A stretch of 63,530 bases of DNA, the filler included, from Conidiobolus incongruus B7586 (Eukaryota), in assembly GCA_000697335.1 (NCBI GenBank). It is 7 parts of 7 records of this genome, joined end to end, with 100 filler letters (N's around TTAATTAATTAA, not from the genome) between each part and the next. Parts side by side here need not be neighbours in the genome. Positions count along the whole stretch, not along the records: positions 1 to 10,929 come from JNEM01000093.1; positions 11,030 to 26,353 come from JNEM01000095.1; 5 more parts are not named here. The stretch is one strand, 5' to 3'. This document shows, piece by piece, positions 1-16,197 of this stretch. The position numbers were made by a program, and so were the translations under genes. The notes beneath the pieces were generated by a model that was not told the origin of the DNA, made no database searches, and saw nothing but the letters and a program-made list of their open reading frames with translations. Position 1 is the stretch's first letter. Each line of letters begins with the position of its first letter.

Positions 1-3000
1 TTTTGTTTAAATAAAAAAATTTATAATTTTTTACAAATATTAATATTTTTAATTTTATTAATAATAAAATAGAAATTAATTTATTATATTCAAGAATTAA
101 TGATGAAATAAATTTCAACCTATTTAAAAATTAAATATAATATTTATTAAGAAATTTTATTTAGTTTAAATTAATTATAAATGTAATATAGAAAAAATTA
201 ATAGAGAAATTTATTATACCATTTAAATATTGCAATATATATAATTATGGCATAAAATATGTACCAAAAGCGAAATTAAAATATTCATTTATTTCGTGCT
301 AATATTTGTTAAATTTTTATATCCACAAAATTATAAAAATTTTAGTAATAAATTTTTTAAAATCAAAAACAAATATGCATAAAATATTAATTAATCTGAT
401 ATTTAATATAATTATTAATTGTTAGATTTTAAATTTTTTAATCAAATCCAAAATATTTTTTTAATATATATAAGTATATTTTGTATTATAATAATTAGTT
501 TAATCTTTTAGATAAAATTACATTAACTATATATATATATATATATTATTCAGCATATTTATATGAATAAACACATTAGTATTCTTATCATTATGTGTAG
601 TACAACCTGGAAATAGTAATTGAGTGATAAAATATGAAATAAGAAGCGTTAATCATTTTTGAATAAGCATAAATATGTCCACATTCGCTAGTTTAAATAA
701 TGCATACATTGTATTACTTTTTGTTTAAATTTGAATCAAAGATTTAAAAAAGGCGAGCTGGATAAATATTCTGTTCGAGACTTGATAAATGATGACTATA
801 CAAAAATTTTACTGGTAAACAATTATGTATCAATATTGCAAAAAATAGCCTATAGGCCCAATTATTTTACCACAATGTAGTTTTTTAATTAAGACAATAT
901 TAGTTAGAAAGTTAAATTGCAAATATTCCTTGTAGACCAAATAAATATTTTTTTAGGTTAAATTGGAAATTATTCTAATATTTTATTTATTAGTATGTAA
1001 GAAAATGTTTTAATTAATCTTAATAAGAATTATTTATTAAAAAATATTTCATTTCAATAAGTAATCTTGACTAAAATTTCATAATTTAATTATTTTAAAA
1101 TTAAAATTTGCCAAAATTCATAATAACGAAATATAAGGAATTAATTATTCATGCATTGTATTTAATGGTGGATCGAATTAATTTGCACTAGTTAAATTTT
1201 TTTTGGCTTTTTTCAGTATTTAATTGTTAAAAAGAAAAATATATTAATTCTGTAGTTGATCAAATTAAATAACTCTAATATTGAATTTGCTAATTTATCA
1301 AAATTAAGACGTTAACCATTTTGAACATATTTATGTAATACAATACAAAATCATAGTTTGAAAAAATTTAAAATGATTCATAAAACATGTAATGTAAAAT
1401 GTTGGTTTGTAGAGATGATATATATATATTAGAATATATTTAACCTTTAATTTGTAGTTAATGAAAATTTATATGAAATACTTAAAAGATACATGTTTTT
1501 GTAATCTAAAAAAATTAAACTGAATAACTTTATAAAATAGATAAACTATTGAAAATATTTTTCGAACTATATATAAATTTAATATATTTGAAAATAAAAG
1601 CTAAAAATAATGTAAATTATATTCCACAAATTAATTGATCATTTGAATATTAAATACATTGCTATTGGCCAATTTTGTTGAAACCCCCAATTTGGACATA
1701 TATCCATTCTTAATAGAGGATATTACTGAATTAGTAGATAATTAGTGAGCAATTACTATTAAATATATCTTATCTGATATATAATTTCTCAATTTTTAAT
1801 TGAATGAATCAAATCTTTTATTAGAATAAAATTTGAACCAGAAATTTAAATCAACCTCATAATATTTTAATATTTTGATTAAATTTCAAATTATTAATAA
1901 TTGATTAAATATGTTTTATAGTATTAAAAATATTAATTATTGCAAAATATAAACTTTTAGTTAATTGACCAATATACATGATTTTCATTTATCAGACATT
2001 CACTGATAGACAATTATTATATCGCCATAAATGCATATCTTCTTAAAATAATGTATAATTGAGTAAAATTTATCCCTATTTTCTCAAACATGTAGCACCA
2101 TATTAGCCGTAAGTCACTGACATGTATTTGGTCATTTTTTTGTTTATTTAAGTGATGTAAAGTATATTGTATATTTATCGGAATCATGGAAAAATATTGG
2201 TAAATAGGGTTACATTAGTATCAGCCTTATTACTCTTATGACTTTGTATTCCAAATATCTTCAACACCTGCCTCTGCAATTTATTTCAAGTTCTCATTTT
2301 CATTAAGTTGAAACAATTTTATTGGCTTGAGGAGAGGGGGTGGGAATTTGATTGGTGGGCGTACATTCAACCAAATAGGAGATTTAATATGGTTCTGGCA
2401 TTGGTTACTGACATTCGATACCATACCAAACATTTTGGTTTGCATATTTTACCAGAAACTGCAATGTTTGCTGTTAGCCATTTTATGATTAAACCATTGC
2501 TTACTCCATTACACTTCAGAATATTTGCATCATCACAGTTTGTGTTCCATAATGACTAAAATATTACTAAAATCACGGTTTTATGTTTTTATCAAAATTT
2601 ATTTCAATTAAATAATATATACAATTATTCGGTTCAAATACCATTATTAAGTTTTTAAAAACTCCTAAAGTCCAATATGAGTTAAAGGTGAAAATGGAAA
2701 GCATTAGTTTTCAGTTATATATTCTTTACAATTTATTATCTGATTCAATAAATCTGATACACTGGTTTGGAACCTTGTGTAGTTTTCGGGTTAAAGTTTA
2801 GTTGGCTTGGTAAGTATTATTCAATTTTTATAATTTTAAAATAATTTGTTGCACTAATTTGATAAAATAATAAAATACATTTCAATATTCATTATATATA
2901 GATTCAGAATTATCTTAATTTTAAACTTATTATATGATATTATATTTAGTTTAGTATTATTTAAAGTTATTTTAATTAATATCGAACAATTATATACCCA

Positions 3001-5706
3001 ATTATTAAATCTTCGATATATCTCTAGGTTATATAATAGTAATAATAAATCATAAATATAATATAAAACATTAAATTATATCAAGAAGGAGTTGAATATT
3101 ATTTGATGAATGATTAATAATATTAAAAACCACTTTTGATCCAAAAGTTAATTATAAATTTTCAGATTTAAGACTTAAATCTAAAATAATATTAATTGTA
3201 ATATTATTAGTTCAGTTTAATTCAATTCTGTAAAATATATATATGATTAAAAATTATTGGATCAGTTTAAAATTTGATATTTTAATATGATATTCACCTA
3301 TGTCTAATGCAAGTTTCATTGCATTATCAAATTGTACAAACTAAGTAGACTTAAACCGAAAATCATTCCAAAGTTTGAACAGTATATTAGTTTTCCTGAT
3401 TATTTTGAAATATATAATTCAAAAGATTTATTTAAGATATCAATATGATTTCTCGAAAGTAATTTAAAAATCAAGTTTATAAAGTTTAAAAAACTATTTA
3501 ATCTAAATTCATTGTTTTATTACATTCTTTATAAAGTTCGCTTTTTCTAGATCAAGGTATATTTTTTGATCACTAATCCAAACCAAGTTAAATATCAAAA
3601 CCTCAACCAGTTTAATTAACCTTATAATTAATATTTGAGAAAATAATATTTAAAATTAAAATTATATCAATTGTATTAGGGGAAATAATGAAATAATTGT
3701 ATTATAAAAAAATTATAAAATATCCAAATATTTCTTTTTTCAAGTTTAAAATGAATATATATATGATAATTTGAATTTTCAATTCAATTACACATTTAAC
3801 CCTTTAATTTAACCAAATTGAAATAATATCAGCTGAATATTTATATCTTAATATTACATATTAGATAGAGTTACCTTATAAATAAATTTTTGTAGCTCAA
3901 TTTGATTAATCCAATATAACATATAATTATACAAAATGATCAATTTAATAAATATACTATTACATTAATAAACCAAACTATTTAGTTATCATAATTACAT
4001 TGCCAGAAAATATTCATTATTTACATTATTCTATAGAAACTGACTTTATTACTACTGAACTACTTTATACATGGTTAACATCACACAATCGATAAATATA
4101 ATTAAAATTTTTATTTAAAAATGAGTAATTTTAACAAGATATGTAAGGATATATTCATTATTAATTGTTAATAATTAAATTATTTTACACAGTACTGTTA
4201 CAAAACTTTTTAAGATAATAAATATTCATTATAATATTTAAAAGTTTGTACCAGGTTTAGTTTAATTAATACAAGAGGACTTGATCAAATTGCAATAAAA
4301 AGGGACAACAGAGTTAGCTCTGTTAAACCAATTAGCATTGAGAAAGATAGTAGATAGATACTCTTGATAATAACACGCAATATTGGTAATAAAAATATCA
4401 TGACATAGTTTCTCTATCATATTTGTAACACGAAGAATAAAGTCAATTAAAGTGGTGTATTCATTATCTAAATACGCAAAATTTAACAATTTTCTTCAAG
4501 AATTCATTAGATTACAAATCCACTAATTGTACAAAATCCTTATAATAAATACTATCAACTTTATTGTGGCTTATGCCGCACATCTATATTATTAATATAT
4601 AACCTGGATGATTGTTTTTTATATAATTATTCATAAATAGAGTTATTAAATCATTCAGAAAAAATAGTACATATTATTTTGTAAATAAAGTATTTTAATT
4701 AAGAATATTAAATTAAATGAGTTAATAAAAATATTTCGGGGTTAATTTTTTGATTAAGAAATTAAAAATAAAATGAAAATCATACTATGCAATGAAATGT
4801 ATCATTCATATAATTATTAATATTAACTTATTCATTGAAAAAAAAATTATTACAAATTTTATAATTGGACTATTATTATATATTTTATATATTGTATAAA
4901 TCATATAGTGTATTGATATTACCCGAATTTTTAGATGCAGGTTTCATTCAAATTGCAAAGAATCATAAGTTTAGAAAAAAAGTGTTAAATACTGGTAAAT
5001 AAATTAATAATTGCATATTAAAAGAGATGAATGAATAGATTATTTAAACTATATCGTTATAATTAATCTAACATTGAAAACTATATACACATAATAAAGA
5101 GCATAATTCTCTTGATATCCAGGTGAAAAATTATAGTTAAAATGATTGAACTGTATCCCACATATTAAAAGAATTCTCATTTAATAAATTACAAATTTGA
5201 TTTAGCCAAATACATCAATTTCGGAAAATAAAAAAATTTAAGTTAAGTTGAAAAAACTTTGTGTATATTAAAGTTTGTGTAATGTAACCTTTATTTCTTT
5301 TATGTTGTTAATTAATATTCTTATTACTAATTCATAATTTATTTTTATGAATTCAATAACAATAAAAAAAGAAGAATGTTAAGAATTAATTAGAGTTAGA
5401 ATACTTAACTAATCACTATTAAGTATTGAAAATTAATCTAATATTACATTTTATTTTATTATTATCATTTAATAAAAATTATTTGAAAAATAGTTGATAA
5501 TTGATCATTTGAGTTGAACAATTAAATTGTAATTACAGTTAAATACAATATGTTTGAAAGTTTGTACAAATTTGGAAAATTATAGCTCATTGATTTTGTG
5601 TTTGTTTTTGATGCAGCAAAAAGATGAGTACATTAAAACTGATTTTGTCGAAATATCCAGAGCTGCGAGGTTAATCTCAAATTTTTTAGCATGTGGGTAA
5701 TTCAAA

Positions 5707-6597
5707 TCAGTGATGATAATGTGAATGTTGATTTGCGTGACTGTATGTGTCCCGGCTGTAGTTGTATTCCAAGTTGGAAGAGGTAGTAATTGGAACTATA
5801 TTGTCCGAGTATGAGCCATCTGCAGAGCTTGATGGGTATATCCCGGAAGTTGGCTCCCACTGGGCAGGAGTTCTGGTGTATGTAGATACTGGCTGGGATA
5901 TGGGGAGGGGCAAAGGAGTGGTTAGGCTTGTGGAGGCTGGAATATTCATCATAGGAGGGAGAGAATAGAAAGGAAGGGGGAGCTTAGGAGCTTGGAGAGA
6001 TTTTGCAGAAGTGGGAAAGGGCATAAACCACCTATGATCGTTGTTCAAAGAGTGAGGGGAATTCGCATCAAGAATAGAGCGGTAGTAGTAGTTTTCAATA
6101 TCCCACTCTAGAAGGGGGTGGATCAAATCATAAACACCGTATTCTTTGGCCAATTCTTTAGCTCTTTCGAAACTGATCCAAACTCCTTTTAAAACCATCA
6201 AGCCAGACTTGATAACGCTCCTTTCGATTTCAGATTTCAAAATTCCGTCTCTTTTGCCTCGTGTCATTCCAGAAAGGTTGAGTAGTTTTGTGCCATTAAT
6301 CATGTTGTTGTCTTTTCTTCTACCAACTGAAATACCTTTGATTTCAATAAGATAGCAGAAAGTTTTTTCATCTTCCCATTGAATCGTTGTTAGGGTAGCA
6401 GGTTTGGAATCATACGCTGATGGCATCATATATGGTGGTAATGAGAAAGGATCCATCATATTGTTTGAAAGTGGTTGGTATGGGTTTAACTGATGAGAGG
6501 TGATTGAAGGACGTTGAGAATATGGATGATAGCGGTTATTATCCTGAGCTTCTTGATTATTAGACTGTACAATGGGAGCCGATACTAAGTTATACAT
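5707..6597 (-). CDS. stuA: APSES-domain transcription factor, StuA/Efg1/Sok2/Phd1 clade (single exon)
   Basis: ORF 5707..6705 contains WEDEKTFCYLIEIKGISVGRRKDNNMINGTKLLNLSGMTRGKRDGILKSE...LKGVWISFERA, matching the StuA-type APSES domain, flanked by P/S/Q/N-rich low-complexity regions. Start at Met37 (6597) is preferred because the first 36 codons look like AT-rich UTR; 6705 is the alternative. Confidence 0.9.
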   Translation of the reverse strand: MYNLVSAPIVQSNNQEAQDNNRYHPYSQRPSITSHQLNPYQPLSNNMMDPFSLPPYMMPSAYDSKPATLTTIQWEDEKTFCYLIEIKGISVGRRKDNNMINGTKLLNLSGMTRGKRDGILKSEIERSVIKSGLMVLKGVWISFERAKELAKEYGVYDLIHPLLEWDIENYYYRSILDANSPHSLNNDHRWFMPFPTSAKSLQAPKLPLPFYSLPPMMNIPASTSLTTPLPLPISQPVSTYTRTPAQWEPTSGIYPSSSADGSYSDNIVPITTSSNLEYNYSRDTYSHANQHSHYHH

Positions 6598-8235
6598 ATT
6601 TAAGCTTGACGTGCCTTCCAGTAAGGTATCAAAAATAATTTTTAAGAATATAGAATTGAAATGAAGGAAAGTGGTTGAATTTATCCTAAACTTTACGACT
6701 GGCATGAATTTTCATTCTTGACTTACTTTATCCAATTACAATCCAGGATTGGAAATTCTAATTAATGGGAAACTCGGCTTGTCATTTTACAGATTAATCA
6801 ACTGCTTTTAATTCAGAGTTTTAATTACTTTGTAGCACTTACAAATTGGAAAGAATTTATGAAATGAATATTGAACAAAGCTGATATTTTGAAGGTTAAT
6901 TGTTTGGTAACGTATATGATTCAATTTAAAACTAAATAGTATTTCAAATGGAAAATTTCATAATAATACATCAAAGTATAAATTATTAGATATTAGTAGT
7001 ATCAAAATCTAATAATTCAGAGTTAAGAGTTAAGTTGCTAATATCAGTTAGTTCATTAAACCCTAGATTTTTTTACTATAATGAGAGGCACAAATAAATT
7101 TAATTTAAAATGATATTTCGGATTTAATTAGATTATCCTTGTATCAATTTCTAAAATAATCAATTTTTTATATTAATATTAAAATTATTTCAAAATTTGA
7201 GAAAGAAAAAAATCAGAAATTTTAGGGGTTCATACAATTAGCTAATAATTTTAACCAGAAAGAATGAATTTAGCATCCCAAATTATTAGTAATATGATAT
7301 TGTCTTAGTAAATAAAATGTAATAAGTAATATATTTGCATATATGAAAAAAGTTAGAAATTAACACTTAAATTGCAATAAATATCAACATTTTATAACAA
7401 TTTATCAGTTTAACTGAATATTTGATATATATAATTTTGAGTTAAATCTAGATTTCCTATTATAACGAGTGAATAAAAATTATTTTTGGGTCCGCCATCT
7501 CGGTCCAAGGAAAGTTCTCGCTAGTCTTATAATCTTACATTTATTTAACAAAAAAAATCAATTTATTATTAGTTTTTTATTTTGTAAAAATCTAATAATT
7601 TATTAAAAAAGAATAGGCAAAAATACTATTTAAATTTTATAATTTTTCAATCTAATAATTAGTTAAAATAGGATCAATTCATTGAAGAAAGTATTACTAT
7701 TAGATAAAGAAAAATATATAAATATTAATTACCCTAATAATATGAAGTGAATTCTTGAGTATTCAGTTCACTTGTTTAAAATAGCTATTAATATCTGTTT
7801 ACTTAGTCTCCTGGTATCTCAAACTTGTATCACCATTCAAAATTTTAACATTACTATATTTGGGACTTTTCAAAATATTAGATGGCATAATATTTTAATA
7901 ATAAGCGCAAAATCAATAATGATCAACTAATAATTTCAGTCGAAAGATATGAAAACGCCGCGCATAAACTATTTCTATACAATATAAGCTGGGGTTATTG
8001 ATGAGTTTTGCGCCTAGAAATTTAAAACTATAGTATTAACCCAATTTGAGACCGCTGGATTTCCGATTTGATCAAATCAGAACAAATATAATTTTCCATC
8101 ATTTTATTTATTGCCTTTATATTTGATAATCAGTGGTTGAGTGTTATTTATTTGAATAAACCTCTTTTATTATAAGAATTTAAGAAATTAACATTTACCA
8201 AAAATAGAAAACTTATTTTCTTACCTAAAATTACA

Positions 8236-8280
<45 letters not shown>
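8236..8280. repeat. (ATT)15 microsatellite
   Basis: Perfect trinucleotide run read directly. Confidence 0.95.
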
Positions 8281-8282
<2 letters not shown>

Positions 8283-10929
8283 ATATTAACATCAATATAA
8301 TATTTTTTGAACTCAATCGAGTACTGCTTTATATTAATTCAATTTTCATCATAATTAGTTGAATAGTATTTTCACACTGTTCCAATCATCAGTGTGATTA
8401 AGTACCATTTTGATATTTTTACTAGAAGAATAATATATCAACTTTATTAAAGACAATTTCCAGCAATTTAATGATTAGTTTTAATATATCAAGCAAATCA
8501 CAAATTTCTATAATATCCTTAATTAATTTATTACTATAATTTTTCATCTAAAAATTTGATTTAATGCTATATTTCATTGTTAAGAAAATGTTATAGTATT
8601 TGGTATAATAATGCTAATCTTTACATTAGCTATACAATGCCATAATTCAATTTTTTTGAAACCAATCAAAATTATTATGAATTGAATTATTTTTAATTAA
8701 CCGTTCATGGTGTATTTTCGCTTTTAGTAATAAGTACCAGAAAGGTTTTATAATTGTCATGTAGTAAAAGGACTATATTCTGCATTATGGATTTCATAAT
8801 AATAATGAGATTAATTTATTGATGATATATTTGTAATGCTTTGTCGGCGTTAAATATTCTCCGTATATTACATATAGGTTTCATTTTACATAAATATCTA
8901 ATAATACTTTACTACGAAATTGTATTATAAAATTATAAACAATAATAACATCTGAAATTTAATATATCAATAGTTTAAATATTAAATATTTATAAATATA
9001 CTAGAAATCAATAAAAATTAATTAGTTAATAACACTTTCTGAATAATCCAATTTATCTGCATATTACTGTTTAACAATATATTGTAAATAAATTCATTTT
9101 AAACAAGATTTAATTTGTTAATATTTAATATTCATTTAACTATGATTATTCTATAAGTAGAGAAATAAATAAATATATTAAATACTAATATTTTTATAAA
9201 TTTTGAAAAATTATATTTTGTATTAATTTTCAATATCTTTAAAGAATCAATAATTTAGTTTTTCAGTAAAATTACATATTATATATTACATTTATTATTT
9301 TATAGGAAAAATCATGTGAATTTTTATTTTAAAAATTATTATACGAATTATTAATATAAATAATCATTGAGTTATCACTATGTATAATTTCTACTAGATA
9401 TTACATCATTATTCAACTGTTTGAAAATTATAAGTATCTATGAATCTTATTATAAAAATACATATCTATCAGAAATACCTAAAATTTTTCAAGTACAAGA
9501 TTCCAATTACTAGTTATTAGGTCTAAATAATAAATCATAGTTAAATGGATTTTCAATATAAATATCTCTGTATTAAGTGAGGATACAATTTATTCATATG
9601 ATTAAGCTTGATTAATTTCACTAATCATTCACTATTAATAATAATCGGATCAGAATATTCATAAGAAAATATGCATGAATATCTCATATAATTTTAAGTA
9701 ATTTATTTCAAATTAATCTGATTTGAGTAATTATCATAGTATTACATATTATTTTTATTTTTAATTGAAATTAATTTGATTAAATCATATAAATATTGTA
9801 AATAATAAATATATTTTAATTACACTATAATTTTTATTAACCATGGTGGCGTGATTTTAGAAAATAAAGAATAAAGGGAATGATGTTATTGGTTAATATT
9901 TTGAATAAGTAATATTGCTAAATAGCATGATTGTAAACTCGCCGAAATTAAATAAACTTCATTCCATAACTCTTATGAATTGACCAATATCAATATTAGA
10001 AAAGCCACTTATTATAAACAATCTCTATTCAATTTAACCCAATAATGCCATATGCTGAACCTTTTGAAAATTTAAAAGCTTAGGTGATAATTCATTTAAC
10101 TTTGATAAATGAATTCAAATAGAGTAATATTTCTCGGGATTTTAAATAATGAGAATTTTTTAAGATTGAAAATAATAAATATATTTATATATAAGTTACA
10201 AAAATGAATATATAATATAAAATCAATATTCTCTTTTATCATTAATAACTTTTTACTATACTTCTAATATTTAAAAAAGAATTCTTATTATTAAAGACTG
10301 ACATTTATTGTTTTATAAACCAATTAAATTTTTTGTGGAAATTTTCTATTTTGTAAGCTGATTTTTTAATTACTTAACATAATTATGTTCACATAAGTTA
10401 AAATTTAGTGAATATACTAAATATGATACATTTTCTTAATTTTGTTTAATTAGAAAATTCTTTATAATTTTAACTTTATGTATTTTATAAATATATAAAA
10501 AAAAATATTTTTAAATTATATTAAGGTTACTAATTAATAATAATCTTATTTATAAAATCAATATAAAAATTTTTATTAATTTATTTTTAAATATTAAATA
10601 AAAATTACATACATTATTATAATTTGAATAATTAATATTTATTTAAAAATAAAGTTTTTATTTATTAGAATTTATAAAAAGGGTTGTTTTAGTTTAACTT
10701 AATATTTTTTTAGGTTTTAACAAGAGAATATATAAGAAAATTTATAATATATTAATAATAAAAATAATTTATTTTAAAATGTTCAATTTTTAGTTATATT
10801 TAAATAAATTTAATTTAATTATATTTATTTTAGTTTTTTGAAGCTTTAGTTAAATAATAAAATATTTATTTTATATTTTTATTAATTAATCTAAGTTTAA
10901 CCTTATATATATATATATATATATATATA

Positions 10930-11029
10930 NNNNNNNNNNNNNNNNNNNNNNNNNNNNNNNNNNNNNNNNNNNNTTAATTAATTAANNNNNNNNNNNNNNN
11001 NNNNNNNNNNNNNNNNNNNNNNNNNNNNN
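10930..11029. other. Assembly gap linker (44N-TTAATTAATTAA-44N)
   Basis: Identical 100-nt construct occurs six times; the palindromic 12-mer gives stops in all six frames, so it is artificial. Confidence 0.97.
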
Positions 11030-14000
11030 TAAAATTTTAAATAATTAAAATCAAAAAATAAACTAATTTTTATGAAATTATTTTTAATTTTACTATTAAA
11101 GTTCATAATAAAATAATACATACAAAATCACAATATTCCTATATACTATTCAAATTTAATTTTAAAATTATTAAGTTATTGAATTATTAAACCAATGACT
11201 ATTAAATTATTAAATTATTTATCTTTATTATTATTATAATATTTTTTCAAACTTTTATTACAAAAATAATTCAGGTAGTAATTTATAATTAGAGAACCTA
11301 GTTTTTTGTTATTTTTATTTTATTTTTATTCTTAATTTTAAATTATTATAAATTTAAATTTAAATTTAAATTTGATATTTTATTTAATATAATATATTAT
11401 ATTTATAATAATAGGTATTTAATTAAAGTTTTAAAACTTAGTATATTTTTTTTATAAATATATTATATCAAGCTATTGAGTTAATTTGATAATACCATTA
11501 TTAAGATAAAAATAATTATATATTATATATTATGAAAATGACAGTAATTTTTGAAATCTAATTTATTTATATAAAATTAATATTAATAATATTAAAATTA
11601 TTTTTTTATATACCATTATAATAATAAATAGTTTGATAATAATTATTTGATTATGGTTATTAAATTATTTATATTAATTTGAACTTGATACCTTTTTTTG
11701 ATATTTCATATATTTACAAAAATATAGATATTGATTTGATTGATTAATTACATACCAAAACTTATAATGATGATTAATTTCATCTACACCATATTTACAT
11801 TTAGAAAAGGGGTCTAAAAATGGAAATGTGTTATTTATGAAAATAGTCCATTCATATAGAGAATCTCCTTATATTTGAATATTCAGTAGAATGAGTTTTA
11901 GTAGTTAATATTGAATTATAAGATATATTAGGGCTATCAATTTCAAATATATAATCCTCTTTATCATATGCTTCAGATAAAATATTTTAATGATAATATG
12001 AGTTTTGTGTGTTTTAAAATGGTGAACTCATGACGGTAAATTTGAGATTTTGAAAATACTTAAATATTTTTTTATATAATGCCAATTTTAATTATTATGA
12101 ATCAAAATACTATATTGAGCTAGCGAGTTTAATGTAGTGTACTTATTAAATTAAAACTTAATATTTATATTTAAAATTACAATTAAAGAAAAATATTATT
12201 TAATAGATAAATTATAGTTATTATTCCAAATTACTAATAAAATATCTATTAAATTATTAAAAATTGATATTTAGTATAAAATAACTTCGGATAAAATAAT
12301 AAATGTATAATGTATTTAATATAAATATATATTAATAAAATATAAGAAATAATACGAATATCAACCAAAAATGAATATAATGATTGATTTATACATGATT
12401 TAAATTTTTTCAATTCAGAAAAAATACTCTTTATTAAAGTTTTAAAATTTATTTATCATTTGATATTATTAAAATGTAATAAAATGATATATAATAATAT
12501 TAAAGGCACTTACTAATTTATATTGTCTAGTAATATTTTGTATAAATACTTATATTAGCAACAACTTTTATTATCATTTATAATATTTTCCAATATATTT
12601 TGTCAACTATTTGAATATATTTACTAATCATTTACATAATCAAATAATTGGTTCATGATCACCTTTATATAAGTAACTGCAATATTTATTTAAAAATCAA
12701 TTTTAGAATAGATATCACAAACTTATATATCTTTTATCGAAAAAATTGTATAAGCTAATAAACTCGCAATTAACATGATTGTTGGCATTAGATATATTTA
12801 ATTTAATTCTGTTTCAGGTATATTGCTACCAATATTATCTATTTTATCAATATATAACATATGTGTTATTGTGAGAATTGAACACATATAAATTATTTTT
12901 AATCATATTAATTTTCTCTATATAATTATGAAATAACATTTTTATTTCTCTAAAAAATATATTATCATATATTGAACATTTATTAAGATTGGCTTAACTT
13001 ATTTGATTTTATTACAATCCAAAATCTGTGTTATCATCTATATAGTATATTTAGGCAATAATAAATATTTTTAAAAATTATAATGAAAACGTTAATAACA
13101 AGGAATTATTTTGTTAATGATCACATTTTTTACGAGGATTGATGAATTATAAAATGATTAAATTACTTAAACATTTGGATTACTTTTATCGAGTTTCACT
13201 TTAGAGCAATTTTTTTAAAATAATTCTACATTTTATTAATTTTTAAAACTTCATTGACTTATTGATATTTTCAATTGTCAATATAATGTCAATATAACCA
13301 GTCCTGAATAAAATTAATCAAATGATCAAACAGGAAAATTATAAAAATTGGTAAAAAAATAACCTTGATTGAATTATATAACCATAATTTAATAACTTTA
13401 ATCTACTGTTTTCTATAGCTCCGTTTGTAACTGCCTAACTTGAAAGTCTGAAGCATTCTTATTCTAGAAATATTGAATATCAATTACAATTTTTCCACAT
13501 GATCTGTCTGTTCAATTAATCTCACTACCATGAGAGGTTTTATTGTATAAACTATTTTAATACTAAACTTTATTTATTTACATTTCATTTGATTGGATAG
13601 CTTAATCAGATAAGAATTGGATTTTCTTGAATATAGTGAATGATTAATTAATATATATGTTTGGTACAAAAATATGTACTATGAAATTTTAACCCGTTAA
13701 AGTTGGTTCTTATTATATCATACTTGTTCAACCCTAAAAACTATTTAAACTTTACAAATTTTAATATTAATTTAACCCCATCCATTTCAATATATATATT
13801 TTGATAATTAAGTTTTAAAAAACTGGAATTTTTTGGGCTTTACTAAATATAATTAAACTATATACTATGGAATATTTTATTACATTGTTAAATCTTTTTA
13901 TCGATTGAATAATTAATTCTTTTAACTATTTTCTTCTTCCAATATCATATTTTTCCAATTTACAATATTCAAAATAATAAATACTGTTGAATATATTTGA

Positions 14001-14576
14001 TTTTTCAATTAAATGATTTTACCAATCATAAATAATAGATTTAGAGCTAATAGATATGACTTAATACTAAAATATCAAATCGTATAAGTTTATATCGAAT
14101 TATTCAAAGTATTTATACTTTAAAAAATATGATAAACTATTGATTTTAAGACAAAATAATTACATAATCTTGTTTAAAATTTCACTATATTTCCCTGAAA
14201 AAATTATGTTTTTTAATTGAAATTGCAGTTTTATCTTTTAAAACTAATTAGAGCTAATACTTTATTAATATGATAAGTTAAAAACAACATAAAGTTCCAT
14301 CTCTAACAATAAGCGATAAATTTAAATAATAAATTTATAAATTAAAGCATTAATGGTATATTGATATATATTTATAATTATTATATTTTATTAAAAATCT
14401 ATTATTATAAAATTAATAAAACTACATTATTAATATATTATTAATTATCGATTATATTTAATAAATAGAAATAAAAAAGTAATAAATTATTTTGAATGTA
14501 AGTAATTATTAATATTGATTTAATAATAATATATAAAAAAAGGTCCTATTACAATTAATAATATTATGTATTTTTA

Positions 14577-16197
<1,621 letters not shown>

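Noticed and set aside
4262..4489. 75-aa minus-strand ORF
   Set aside because: Non-ATG start, no recognisable motif, neighbouring frames full of stops; at most a decayed fragment.
10974..10985. Recurring palindrome TTAATTAATTAA as a biological repeat
   Set aside because: Always centred in exactly 44+44 N at six places; it is an artificial all-frame-stop gap linker.
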